Assembly: GCA_938092255.1 (NCBI GenBank) | Contig: CALKHF010000043.1 | Location: 73-64,072, forward strand | Source: an uncultured Flavobacteriales bacterium | GTDB taxonomy: Bacteria > Bacteroidota > Bacteroidia > Flavobacteriales_D > Crocinitomicaceae | Direction of reading: 5' to 3' | DNA length: 64,000 nt | Shown here: piece by piece, positions 37,601 to 45,494 of the stretch | Numbering within the stretch: position 1 is the first letter of the stretch | Layout of the letters: each line of letters opens with the position of its first letter | Notes under the pieces: model-generated | Told to the model about the DNA's origin: nothing | Database searches by the model: none | The model's input: the letters and a program-made list of their open reading frames with translations, nothing else | Translations under genes and position numbers: made by a program

Positions 37601-37970
37601 GGAAAAGCTCACCGAGTTTGAAGAACGAATGAAGGATAGATTTGGAACCATTCCAGATGAAGTAAAAGAGCTGTTTTTTTCTTTTGAATTGAGATGGCTT
37701 GCCCAAAAACTCGGTTTAGAACGACTGGTAATTAAATCAGAAAAAATGGTAGGCTGGTTTATAGCTGATCCAAAATCTACATTTTACCAAACGGATGTTT
37801 TTTCAGAGTTGCTAAAAAAGATAATGAATATGGGACAGGGGTACCGCCTTATTCAAAAACAAGACAAGCTTAGATTGGTCATAGAACCCATTACCAATGT
37901 TAGAGAAGCCTATAAAAAGCTAGAAGCGTTATACGAAGAAAAGCAAGCTGTTGAGTCTACTGATACCTAG
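34605..37970 (+). CDS. mfd: Transcription-repair coupling factor
   Basis: 1121 aa. It has a UvrB-homology N-terminus, an RNAP-interacting region, helicase motifs GDVGFGKTEVA, DEEQKFGV and QLRGRVGRS, and a TRG region. Confidence 0.95.
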   Translation: MSLNSFIGHLQNHPEINLSAQKLSQDKTKIHWTGIFGSAKSIFASGVAQQCPGHHVFVLNDKEEAAYFLNDLQGLYPEDPRLVFYPASYKVPYQIEEVDNANVVARTEALKKLSIQENCWIVTYPDALFEKVLTKKKLVSNTMKIEVDKTYSLDFINELLLDYHFERVNYVYEPGQFSIRGGIVDVFSFGNDTPFRIEFFGNEVESIRTFDAADQLSINSHKFFSIVPNIQGAMILDGMDSFFQYLNGDITIWTESIERALASLKKEFDKAHKIYETLDHEIKKTLPSDLFINDKDFILNLENFKVVEMGTQSYFKDATAVNFELLPQPSFNKNFNLLIEDLGENQKNKFQNYIFSNQPKQIERLYQIFEDIGGDVAFTPINSALHEGFICKTLKIVCYTDHQLFERYHRFRLKEGFRKAKQALTLKEIYNLQKGDYVTHIDHGVGQFSGLETIDVNNKKQEAIRLIYKDGDVLYVGIHSLHRISKFTGKEGSVPKMNKLGTQSWNTLKTKTKKKIKELAFDLIKLYAKRKNQPGYPFAEDTYLQNELEASFIFEDTPDQFKATQDVKKDMESKTPMDRLICGDVGFGKTEVAIRAAFKAVTDSKQVAVLVPTTILSLQHFRSFKERLSEFPCNIDYINRFKSAKETTKTIEKIKSGEIDILIGTHAIVSDRIKFKDLGLMIIDEEQKFGVAVKDKLKTMRTSVDTLTLTATPIPRTLQFSLMGARDLSIINTPPPNRQPVLTEIISLNEETIRDAISYEVSRGGQVFFVNNRIANIQEIAGMIQRLCPGVRVGIGHGQMDGKVLEQNMLNFIKGAYDVLIATTIIESGIDISNANTIIINNAHNFGLSDLHQLRGRVGRSNKKAFCYLIAPKFSLLSSEARKRLEALVQFTDLGSGFNIAMKDLDIRGAGNMLGGEQSGFISEIGFEMYQKILNEAMKELRDDEFKDLFNERTTDQMTSYSEDCIFETDYEVRIPDYYVNDVSERLSLYQELDRIESMEKLTEFEERMKDRFGTIPDEVKELFFSFELRWLAQKLGLERLVIKSEKMVGWFIADPKSTFYQTDVFSELLKKIMNMGQGYRLIQKQDKLRLVIEPITNVREAYKKLEALYEEKQAVESTDT

Positions 37971-38436
37971 GACCAATGTATTTCACACAAGGAAGAATTC
38001 CTGTATAACATTTGTATTGTAGCGTGAGAAAAATCGCATCTGATTTTTCATTTATCGTAAAAACACCGTCTTCTTTTGTCTTCCATTGATTGATGCATTC
38101 CGCTCCCTCAATAACGTAATTCGTATCCAGATCATTTTCTAATCTTTCCAAAAGCTCATTTGTTTCGACCGATTTGTTTTCCTGATACCACCTATAAGTC
38201 CCGCTCTTCAATTTCATTTCCAAAGAACCATTGATTTCAAGAACCATTGAGTCCTTTTTTCCAGCAATAATGATATCGATATTATTAGGGGCATCATATC
38301 CCTTTATCGTTTCTTCTGTGGGAGCAGCTCCACCACAATGTGAATGATGTAGTTGAGAATGGAATACAATACTTTGCTTTTTGGAAGCACAAGAAGCTAA
38401 AAAGCAAATGATCAGTAAAGAAAATATTGGCCTCAT
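37957..38436 (-). CDS. Hypothetical lipoprotein
   Basis: 159 aa with lipobox FLASCAS. Its start overlaps the dxr stop (ATGA), suggesting co-transcription. Its 3' end overlaps convergent mfd by 14 nt. Confidence 0.55.
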   Translation of the reverse strand: MRPIFSLLIICFLASCASKKQSIVFHSQLHHSHCGGAAPTEETIKGYDAPNNIDIIIAGKKDSMVLEINGSLEMKLKSGTYRWYQENKSVETNELLERLENDLDTNYVIEGAECINQWKTKEDGVFTINEKSDAIFLTLQYKCYTGILPCVKYIGPRYQ

Positions 38437-39590
38437 TGAATTAATTTTAAAGCACTTTGGCGGGCTGTATAATCCGCCGAAACATAATCTTCATATACTG
38501 GCTTGGTGATGATTTTAGCAGCCTTAACCACATCATTGTTCAGCATTGAAATTTCTGAAAAGCTAATCTTATCATTTAAAAAAGCATCTACGGCTATTTC
38601 ATTTGTGGCATTCAGCACACAAGCAGTAGTTCCTGCATTTTCCATGGCATAAAAAGCCAAATCTAGATTCTTAAATACCTCCCGATTGGGTTGCTCAAAA
38701 GTAAGCTCTGGATAATCCATAAAATTAAAGCGAGGAAAATCGGTTTTAAATCGATCCGGATAGGTGAGTGCAAACTGTATAGGCAGCTTCATATCAGGAA
38801 GGCCCATTTGTGCTTTCATGCTTCCGTCTTCAAACTGTACAATAGAATGTACAATAGATTGAGGGTGTACAATTACATCAATCTGTTCTGGTTTTAAATT
38901 AAAAAGCCACTTAGCCTCAATGACCTCAAGTCCCTTATTCATAAGAGTAGCAGAATCAATGGTTATTTTTGCTCCCATAGACCAATTTGGGTGCTTGAGC
39001 GCTTGTTCTTTGGATACTTTAAGCAGCTCTTCTTGTGAAAACCCACGAAAAGGCCCACCTGAAGCAGTTAAATATATTTTTTCAATTTGGTTGTGGAATT
39101 CTCCCACAATGCACTGAAAAATGGCAGAATGTTCGGAGTCAACAGGGTAAATATTAACCCCTTTTTCTTTAGCAAGAGAGGTAATCAGTTCCCCTGCCAC
39201 TACCAAGGTTTCTTTGTTGGCCAATGCAATCTCTTTTTTGGCATTTATGGCGGCAATGGTAGGCTTTAGACCTGCGTAACCAACAAGTGCTGTTAGCACG
39301 GTGTGCACCTCTATTGATTCTACCACCTGAGATAGAGCTTCTTCTCCACCATACACATGAATGTCTTCACTCCAAAGGGCATCCTTAACCTTTTTGTATG
39401 AATCCTTATCAACAATAACCACAGAATTGGGTTTGTGCTTAAGCGCTTGTTCTATAAGTAAGTCTGCATTTCGATTTGCCGTAATGACCTGAAGGTCAAA
39501 ATAATTGGGATAGGCCTCTAGAACCTCTAGAGCTTGTGTTCCAATTGAACCTGTAGAACCTAAAATGGCAATTCCTTTTTTTTCAGACAT
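38433..39590 (-). CDS. dxr: 1-deoxy-D-xylulose 5-phosphate reductoisomerase
   Basis: 385 aa. Conserved blocks are ILGSTGSIGTQAL, LANKE, DSEHSAIFQC and NKGLEVIEA. Confidence 0.95.
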   Translation of the reverse strand: MSEKKGIAILGSTGSIGTQALEVLEAYPNYFDLQVITANRNADLLIEQALKHKPNSVVIVDKDSYKKVKDALWSEDIHVYGGEEALSQVVESIEVHTVLTALVGYAGLKPTIAAINAKKEIALANKETLVVAGELITSLAKEKGVNIYPVDSEHSAIFQCIVGEFHNQIEKIYLTASGGPFRGFSQEELLKVSKEQALKHPNWSMGAKITIDSATLMNKGLEVIEAKWLFNLKPEQIDVIVHPQSIVHSIVQFEDGSMKAQMGLPDMKLPIQFALTYPDRFKTDFPRFNFMDYPELTFEQPNREVFKNLDLAFYAMENAGTTACVLNATNEIAVDAFLNDKISFSEISMLNNDVVKAAKIITKPVYEDYVSADYTARQSALKLIQ

Positions 39591-39651
39591 ATGGCAAAAA
39601 TACTATTTTGAGTGACTTAATAGAAACAAATTACCTGAATTGATAACAGAT

Positions 39652-41106
39652 TTATTCGGAAATAACGTGCCTAAGGGTAGCTTTGTTTTGAGCTGAACTC
39701 AAAACAATAAAATACATGCCCTCCTCTAGTACATTTTCATACCAAGGAAAAACATTAATTCCATCTAAAACATCAAGTGTTTTGGTCCCTACTATTTTTC
39801 CATGCGCATCGATAATATTCATGTTTACCTCACCCACAAAACGTTGATCATTGATCAAAAGGTTAAATATACCTTCAGAAGGATTTGGAAAAGTAATTAA
39901 ACGGCTGCTCTCCTCACAAGAAACTTCAATAGGACCATAATGTTGATTCAATCCATCAATATCAAACTGATTTAAACGGTAGTATGTGGTATTGTAGAAC
40001 TTGTTTGCATCCACAAATTCATATTCTACTAGAGAAGTAGATATGCCCGCTGCATCCTCACTATGAATAATTTCCCAATCAAAACCATTCTCTGATTTTT
40101 CTATATCAAAATAAGAACTATTATACTCCGAGGCAGTCGACCATTTTAGTAACGAAGCTCCGTCCTGACATTCTCCACTAAAAGAAAGAAGCTCTACTGG
40201 AAGTGGCTCACCTGTACCTCCTGCTCCTCCAAAAGTGCTAAAGCTTGTAAGATCTCCCCATACCATATAGTTTGATGATGCAAATATAAATGCACTCCCC
40301 TGCTCTACGGCATCTGGAAAATCTGGAATCAAGCCCTGTGGTTCATACCATGTTCCATTGCTGTATTTTATAGGAGAAATATCACCTTCGATTAAGGAAC
40401 CTAAAATGATATCCGCATCCGTATAATAAAGCTCTACCTCATAATTAAACGCCGACATATCATTGGATTCTATAATCCAGTTTCTATCAATAAAGGTAGT
40501 CACATCAGGTGAAAAGAATGGGTTTTTTGTATCTGCTACTTGCACTGACACATAGGCCTGAGGTCCGAAATCTGCACTTTGAAAATTCATCACTACCGGC
40601 GAATATTCTGCGATAGAACCATTGGTCCCAACTGGAAAAGTAAATGCATCTGAATCGTCACTTACCGGTGTACCTGAAAATCGTTTTCTTAGCTCACCTG
40701 TACCCGAAGCAACTACCATGTTTGACTCGGATGGAGCGCCTTGCACTATGGCACCTGTGCCTAAGGTTAAATTTGAATTTACCAAATCCAATACACCACT
40801 ATTCAGGTTTAGCTCATTGGTAACCGCCATATCAGAGGATAAATCTGCACCAGCAGTGTTATCAAGCTCAATGCCATAAAAGGTATTGTTTCCAGAGCCT
40901 CCGATATTTTGTTTGGACGACCCCTTTAAATAAATCGTACCATTGGAGGGAGTAAATGTACCGTTATTGACAAAGTCTCCTGATACTACAAGTTGCACTT
41001 GTCCCTCACATACCACCTGAGTTTCAGTATTAATTCGTATTCCCGACTGTCCATTTGCAGAAAGAAAAGAAAGAAAAATCAAAATGGTAAAAACCAATAA
41101 TTTCAT
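39652..41106 (-). CDS. T9SS cargo protein with type A CTD, paralogous in its C-terminal modules to 14038..16548
   Basis: 484 aa. It has a signal peptide ending ANGQ. The module before the CTD reads PLPVELLSF..LKWSTASEYNSSYFDIEKSENG. The type A CTD reads FPNPSEGIFNLLIN...GMYFIVL. It lies 1 nt downstream of the tail-fibre-like gene. Confidence 0.85.
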   Translation of the reverse strand: MKLLVFTILIFLSFLSANGQSGIRINTETQVVCEGQVQLVVSGDFVNNGTFTPSNGTIYLKGSSKQNIGGSGNNTFYGIELDNTAGADLSSDMAVTNELNLNSGVLDLVNSNLTLGTGAIVQGAPSESNMVVASGTGELRKRFSGTPVSDDSDAFTFPVGTNGSIAEYSPVVMNFQSADFGPQAYVSVQVADTKNPFFSPDVTTFIDRNWIIESNDMSAFNYEVELYYTDADIILGSLIEGDISPIKYSNGTWYEPQGLIPDFPDAVEQGSAFIFASSNYMVWGDLTSFSTFGGAGGTGEPLPVELLSFSGECQDGASLLKWSTASEYNSSYFDIEKSENGFDWEIIHSEDAAGISTSLVEYEFVDANKFYNTTYYRLNQFDIDGLNQHYGPIEVSCEESSRLITFPNPSEGIFNLLINDQRFVGEVNMNIIDAHGKIVGTKTLDVLDGINVFPWYENVLEEGMYFIVLSSAQNKATLRHVISE

Positions 41107-41107
41107 T

Positions 41108-42676
41108 TTAGTCTTTTTTTGACTTTAATGTCTGTTGTAACTCCTTAATTGCCTTTGCGTTTTCGAGAAGCTGATTTTGTAGCTCGACATTGGATTTATT
41201 CAAGGACTCTATTTCTTTATCCTTTTTAAGAAGAAGATTATTAAGCTCTTGTACAGATTTTACTATTGGAACTACAAAGTCTGCATAACGCAGACCGTAG
41301 ATGTCTTTGCTGTGTTGCGGAGCATCGATACCACTAAACTCATAACCCAAAGATTTTGATAAAGCTTCTACATCCTGGGCAATAAATCCAGAAAACCTCA
41401 TGGATTCGATATCATACTTTCCTTCCCAATCGGCGTCGTCCCTTTCTCCGTAATTTTCTTCCATCCAGCTCTCTTTGGCTCGCACGTCATAATTGTAGGT
41501 GACAGGTTGCAGCCCCGTAATAAACTCGAGTCCTTTCACCTCATCATTTCGAATGTTTTTCTTGAATCGACCGTCACTCAGAGTGGTCCATCCGACCTGC
41601 CCTCCAATACTGTTTACACTCGTATTACCTACTACTACTGAATTACTTGCTGTGTTATCTGCGTTGTAACCTAACCCAGTTGAGTTGATATATGTTGCTC
41701 CCACACTATTGGCACTGTAACCAATGCCTGAATTGTAGTTCCCTGTTGTGTTATTGTATAGAACCCTGTATCCACTTGCCGAGTTACCTGTTCCCTCCGT
41801 ATTGCTTCTTAATGCCTGAAATCCATGAGCAGAATTTCGATCAGCAGTAGTATTTCGATATAGTGCTTGGTACCCGGTTGCCGTATTTTGCCCCCCATCG
41901 ATATTAAAATATAAAGCGCGGTATCCCAATGCCGTATTTCTTATCCCTACAGAATTTGCATTTAAGGTTTGAGAACCCAAAGACGTATTCTGATATCCAA
42001 TGGTATTATTATATAAAGCCCTCCATCCCACTCCAGTATTGTAGTATCCTGTTGAATTGTCAAAAAGTGATTCGGCACCTAGCGCTGTATTTCGGTATCC
42101 TTCAATATTAGAGAATAATGACCTGTAACCAGAAGCAAGGTTGTAATTACCTGTTGTATTCGAAAACCCACTTCTATACCCAACAAAAACATTTAAATTG
42201 TTTGTTAAGTCATCAACTTCCCCTGCCTGCTCACCAATAAAAACGGAGGAACCCGTATTGAATACTTCTAGCTGACCCGACTGTGATAAACGTAAACGAT
42301 TGATATTGTTTGTGCGAAAATTTAAGTCTTGTGCATCAGGCGTTCCAATAAAATTTGTGGTACTATTTGTACCTGCGTTTCCGTTTAGCGACCATCCAGA
42401 TGCCTGTGAAGAAAGAGCTGTCCATGCTGCACCAGAATAATAGTAAAATCCGGCAGATGCATCCGTCTGAAAAATCAACAATCCTGTTGCAGGATTGACC
42501 ACTCCATTTTTTTGAGCTTCTGTCATTCGCGGCGTAAGAATTCCTTTATTGGTGCTCTGAAGGTCCAAGATTGCTGAAGCATCTGGAGCACTTCCAGTAT
42601 TGTTAATAGCAACGCCTTCTTGAGCAATTACCACTAGGCCAATCATACACATTAACAATGTAGAAATTGTCTTCAT
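41108..42676 (-). CDS. Secreted tail-fibre-domain protein: conserved N-terminal module, YadA-head-like NTAxG repeats, S74-type intramolecular chaperone domain, C-terminal coiled coil
   Basis: 522 aa with a signal peptide. Roughly 15 degenerate units of about 14 aa are present (RNTALGAESLFDNS, YNTGVGWRALYNNT, QNTATGYQALYRNT...). The autoproteolysis/chaperone signature is LSDGRFKKNI...GLQPVTYNY. The tail is a heptad-rich segment KEIESLNKSNVELQNQLLENAKAIKELQ. Confidence 0.8.
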   Translation of the reverse strand: MKTISTLLMCMIGLVVIAQEGVAINNTGSAPDASAILDLQSTNKGILTPRMTEAQKNGVVNPATGLLIFQTDASAGFYYYSGAAWTALSSQASGWSLNGNAGTNSTTNFIGTPDAQDLNFRTNNINRLRLSQSGQLEVFNTGSSVFIGEQAGEVDDLTNNLNVFVGYRSGFSNTTGNYNLASGYRSLFSNIEGYRNTALGAESLFDNSTGYYNTGVGWRALYNNTIGYQNTSLGSQTLNANSVGIRNTALGYRALYFNIDGGQNTATGYQALYRNTTADRNSAHGFQALRSNTEGTGNSASGYRVLYNNTTGNYNSGIGYSANSVGATYINSTGLGYNADNTASNSVVVGNTSVNSIGGQVGWTTLSDGRFKKNIRNDEVKGLEFITGLQPVTYNYDVRAKESWMEENYGERDDADWEGKYDIESMRFSGFIAQDVEALSKSLGYEFSGIDAPQHSKDIYGLRYADFVVPIVKSVQELNNLLLKKDKEIESLNKSNVELQNQLLENAKAIKELQQTLKSKKD

Positions 42677-43227
42677 GTTAAAATAGGTTCACAAAACTGT
42701 GTGATAAGGGCAATATTATATTGAGCGATTAAATTGAGTAGAGTTAATCGAATTATTTGATATAAATCATTAAAAGAGCTCCGAATTATCCAGTTTCATA
42801 GTTAGTTTATAGTTTTCGAGGGCAAAGATAAACGATTAAAATGACATTTTCTAATCAATTTGTAGTTAAAAGCGTCACTTTTACACATGTCTTGTTTTAC
42901 TTTTTATTTGTCAATGTTTTTAAAGCTTCCTGCATTTATTTCACCTAGCCCTTAAGCTCATCTATTTCAATTATTTGGTTTTCAATGATGATTTTTTGTT
43001 CCTGAATTGAATTGAACACAGTGAATAAGGGATAAATAAATGCAGAATCCAAAGTAAATAATTCAGCTACCACATAAGGTAATATCAGGCAATCTACTTT
43101 AAATTGTAATACAAAACGTTACTTATTTAGAGTGTCGTTAATAGTTCTAGATTCGAAGATAAAACATTCATAACGAATAAACTAAAGCATCTAACCAAAG
43201 TTTATTGACCCGTTATTAGTAAAAAAT

Positions 43228-43572
43228 CTAAGCCATTTTACTGCTGATTGTCCAAGCCATTAAAGCTGCCCGCTGCTTGGCTTTTTCGGTATTCTCTCCT
43301 GCAAAGTGCGCATCCAGTGTTTGATTGAATAGCATTATCCAACGTTCAAAGTGCTGCTTTTTGAGGGGCATGGCGACATGCACCGCCGTAACATTGGTGA
43401 TGTAGCCCCCTTCGTCAAAGAGTACGAAATTCCAGAAATGCTCCATGCGGGGCTTGTGCTTCTCAAAATCTATGTGCTCAAAAAAAGGAGAAAGCGCTGC
43501 ATCCTCAAGAACCTTTTTGTAAAAGGCAGCCACAAAAAATGTGGTATCGGCTTTGGTGCTAAGGTCTCTCAT
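43228..43572 (-). CDS. Truncated haemoglobin (group III-like)
   Basis: 114 aa. The sequence FYKKVLED..LSPFF...HFWNFVLFDEGGY...AVHVAMPLKKQHFERWIMLFNQTL parallels Ctb-type trHb as I recall it. The candidate proximal His is in TAVHVAM. Confidence 0.72.
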   Translation of the reverse strand: MRDLSTKADTTFFVAAFYKKVLEDAALSPFFEHIDFEKHKPRMEHFWNFVLFDEGGYITNVTAVHVAMPLKKQHFERWIMLFNQTLDAHFAGENTEKAKQRAALMAWTISSKMA

Positions 43573-44209
43573 GCTTATAATTCAAGATACCATAGACCAA
43601 AAGCAGCTGGGCTAAAAGATAGGAGATCATTACGTAAAAATGGGCAAGCTCAAAGGACGAATAAAATAGCTGTATGGACAGCAGGCAATCCGAAACCACA
43701 AAAAACAAGGCCCCCAGTAAAATGTGCCACCTGAAGCTTGAGGTACTTCGTAAAAGCTGAAGGGCCATCCAAAGCATCCCCGAAATTACAAGGGCATACG
43801 CGAGCACAGGAATACGCATAGCGCCAAGGTGTGCCCATAAAAATTTCATAAAAAAGAAATAGTAGGCAATAATAACTAAAGAACATAGCGCTGTATAAAA
43901 ATCCAGCTTGATTGCTCCTAACCGTGACCTGAAAATAAGCACGTACAACACATGAGCTAGCAGAAAGCTAAGCAAACCCAAAATAAAGAAGGGTCTCCCT
44001 TCAAAAATGAGTAGAATATCACCCATGGTCGAGAATACCAAAGCACCTATGATTTTGTAGTTGCCTTTTTGTTTTACACTTGCATAAAAAGACAATAGAA
44101 GTACAGGAACCAATAAGGGTTTGATATAGCTGGCAATATCCTCTTTCTCAAAAAAAACAAGACCCAGGTATCCGATAAAAAGAAGTATAATTAGCCAAAT
44201 ACCTTTCAT
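43559..44209 (-). CDS. YhhN-family (lysoplasmalogenase-family) membrane protein
   Basis: 216 aa with about 7-8 TM helices. The two family motifs are FSTMGDILL and FVVSDCLLS. Its start overlaps the upstream stop (ATGA). Confidence 0.75.
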   Translation of the reverse strand: MKGIWLIILLFIGYLGLVFFEKEDIASYIKPLLVPVLLLSFYASVKQKGNYKIIGALVFSTMGDILLIFEGRPFFILGLLSFLLAHVLYVLIFRSRLGAIKLDFYTALCSLVIIAYYFFFMKFLWAHLGAMRIPVLAYALVISGMLWMALQLLRSTSSFRWHILLGALFFVVSDCLLSIQLFYSSFELAHFYVMISYLLAQLLLVYGILNYKHERP

Positions 44210-45462
44210 TGATAGGACATGTTTACTCGATTGGTCTCATCTCCTTTTCGGTGCATAAAAGAAATGGTAAAAGCAACAGCTTGATAACACAATACGACAT
44301 ATAAAATCAATTCGTGACCAAACCAATCTTGAAACCATAAAGCAATGCCGATAAGAAATATACTTCGCAACAATTCTACGATCCAATTAAATGGATTCTT
44401 GTCCATCAAATCTGTAAGCGAATAAATGGTAATAAAAATATAAATGCCGTATACCAAAATCTCGTTGGTAGGAAGGCTTCCAAGTCGTGCAAATAAATCC
44501 AATAGAAAGAACATCACTACAAACAAGTGTGCGATACTCCAATAAAGTAGAGCATTTGATATCTTGGGTTTGTATTTGTCAAAATGATATACATCATCAA
44601 TTTTATGGACCGGGTATTTTTCATCAAAACCAGCTGGACGCCAGCCTGTTGGCCTAAACCAGATGGTGATTTTATCAATAAATTTTTCTGCACGCCAGGC
44701 ATCTTTTACCATAATCCACAAATGCTGAAAATTAATTTTGAATGGATTTCGAGTACTCGCAGGTCGAGAAATTCCATAGACAGGAGGAACATCATCAAGC
44801 TCTTTTTGAAAGGTGCCAAAAATAAAATCCCAGAAAATAAAGATTTGACTCAAGTTTTTGTCGAGATATTCCTCATTGATCGCATGGTGAACCCTATGAT
44901 GAGAAGGAGTGACCAAAATATATTCGAGAAACCCCATTTTTTTGATGTGCCTGGTATGGTACCAAAACTGCATAAATAAATGCAAGGGAAGCACTGTGGC
45001 AATTACCTCGGTTGGCACACCAAAAATCGCTGCAGGAATCAATAAAATGGTGAAAAACCTTACAATCGTAGATACGGGTTGTCGCAAGGCGCAGGCCAGA
45101 TTAAACTCTTCACTACTGTGATGTATGACATGCTCATTCCAGAACAAATTAACTTTGTGTGAAATTCGGTGTGTCCAGTAGCCATAAAGATCAATGACCA
45201 TAAAAGCAATGAAATACACTACAATTGTATTGTCAATGGTAAACAAAGAAAAATGATCAAGTAATGTTCCGTACAGTACAATTTGAATAGATAACCCAAG
45301 GACATCTTTGAGGACATTGGTCATGCCCGAACTCATACTAGAAACTGCATCATCTAAAGGAACTGTATCGTTTCCTTTGTACCAGCCATAAAGCTTTTCG
45401 AGGAGAACAAGCACCAAAAAAGCAGGCATGGCAATCAATAATATTTTTCCGTATTCGGCCAC
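44206..45462 (-). CDS. Fatty acid hydroxylase / sterol desaturase superfamily di-iron membrane enzyme with extra C-terminal TM region (AGMO-like)
   Basis: 418 aa. The histidine boxes are HRISH, HVIHHSSEEFN and HHRVHH. About 150 additional C-terminal residues contain several hydrophobic helices. Confidence 0.8.
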   Translation of the reverse strand: MAEYGKILLIAMPAFLVLVLLEKLYGWYKGNDTVPLDDAVSSMSSGMTNVLKDVLGLSIQIVLYGTLLDHFSLFTIDNTIVVYFIAFMVIDLYGYWTHRISHKVNLFWNEHVIHHSSEEFNLACALRQPVSTIVRFFTILLIPAAIFGVPTEVIATVLPLHLFMQFWYHTRHIKKMGFLEYILVTPSHHRVHHAINEEYLDKNLSQIFIFWDFIFGTFQKELDDVPPVYGISRPASTRNPFKINFQHLWIMVKDAWRAEKFIDKITIWFRPTGWRPAGFDEKYPVHKIDDVYHFDKYKPKISNALLYWSIAHLFVVMFFLLDLFARLGSLPTNEILVYGIYIFITIYSLTDLMDKNPFNWIVELLRSIFLIGIALWFQDWFGHELILYVVLCYQAVAFTISFMHRKGDETNRVNMSYQ

Positions 45463-45494
45463 TTTTATTTGTTTGCTATGAAGTTAAGAAGAAT

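Noticed and set aside
39652-42676. Prophage or phage-remnant interpretation of the tail-fibre-domain genes (also 60852..62633)
   Set aside because: No integrase, terminase, portal, capsid, tape-measure, baseplate or lysis genes are in the window. Both genes have Sec signal peptides and are flanked by housekeeping genes (dxr, ABC-F, SulP).
42945-43073. 42-aa minus-strand mini-ORF in the long intergenic gap
   Set aside because: It has only a GTG start, no recognisable motif, and no way to judge coding potential by eye. I mention it under the gap finding but do not call it as a gene.
43351-43734. 127-aa plus-strand ORF
   Set aside because: It is antisense to the globin and YhhN genes and has an Arg/Lys-rich nonsense-like composition. 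The minus-strand genes carry recognisable family motifs.
44584-45121. Plus-strand ORFs of 131 and 70 aa
   Set aside because: They are antisense to the fatty-acid-hydroxylase-family gene, whose His boxes validate the minus-strand frame.
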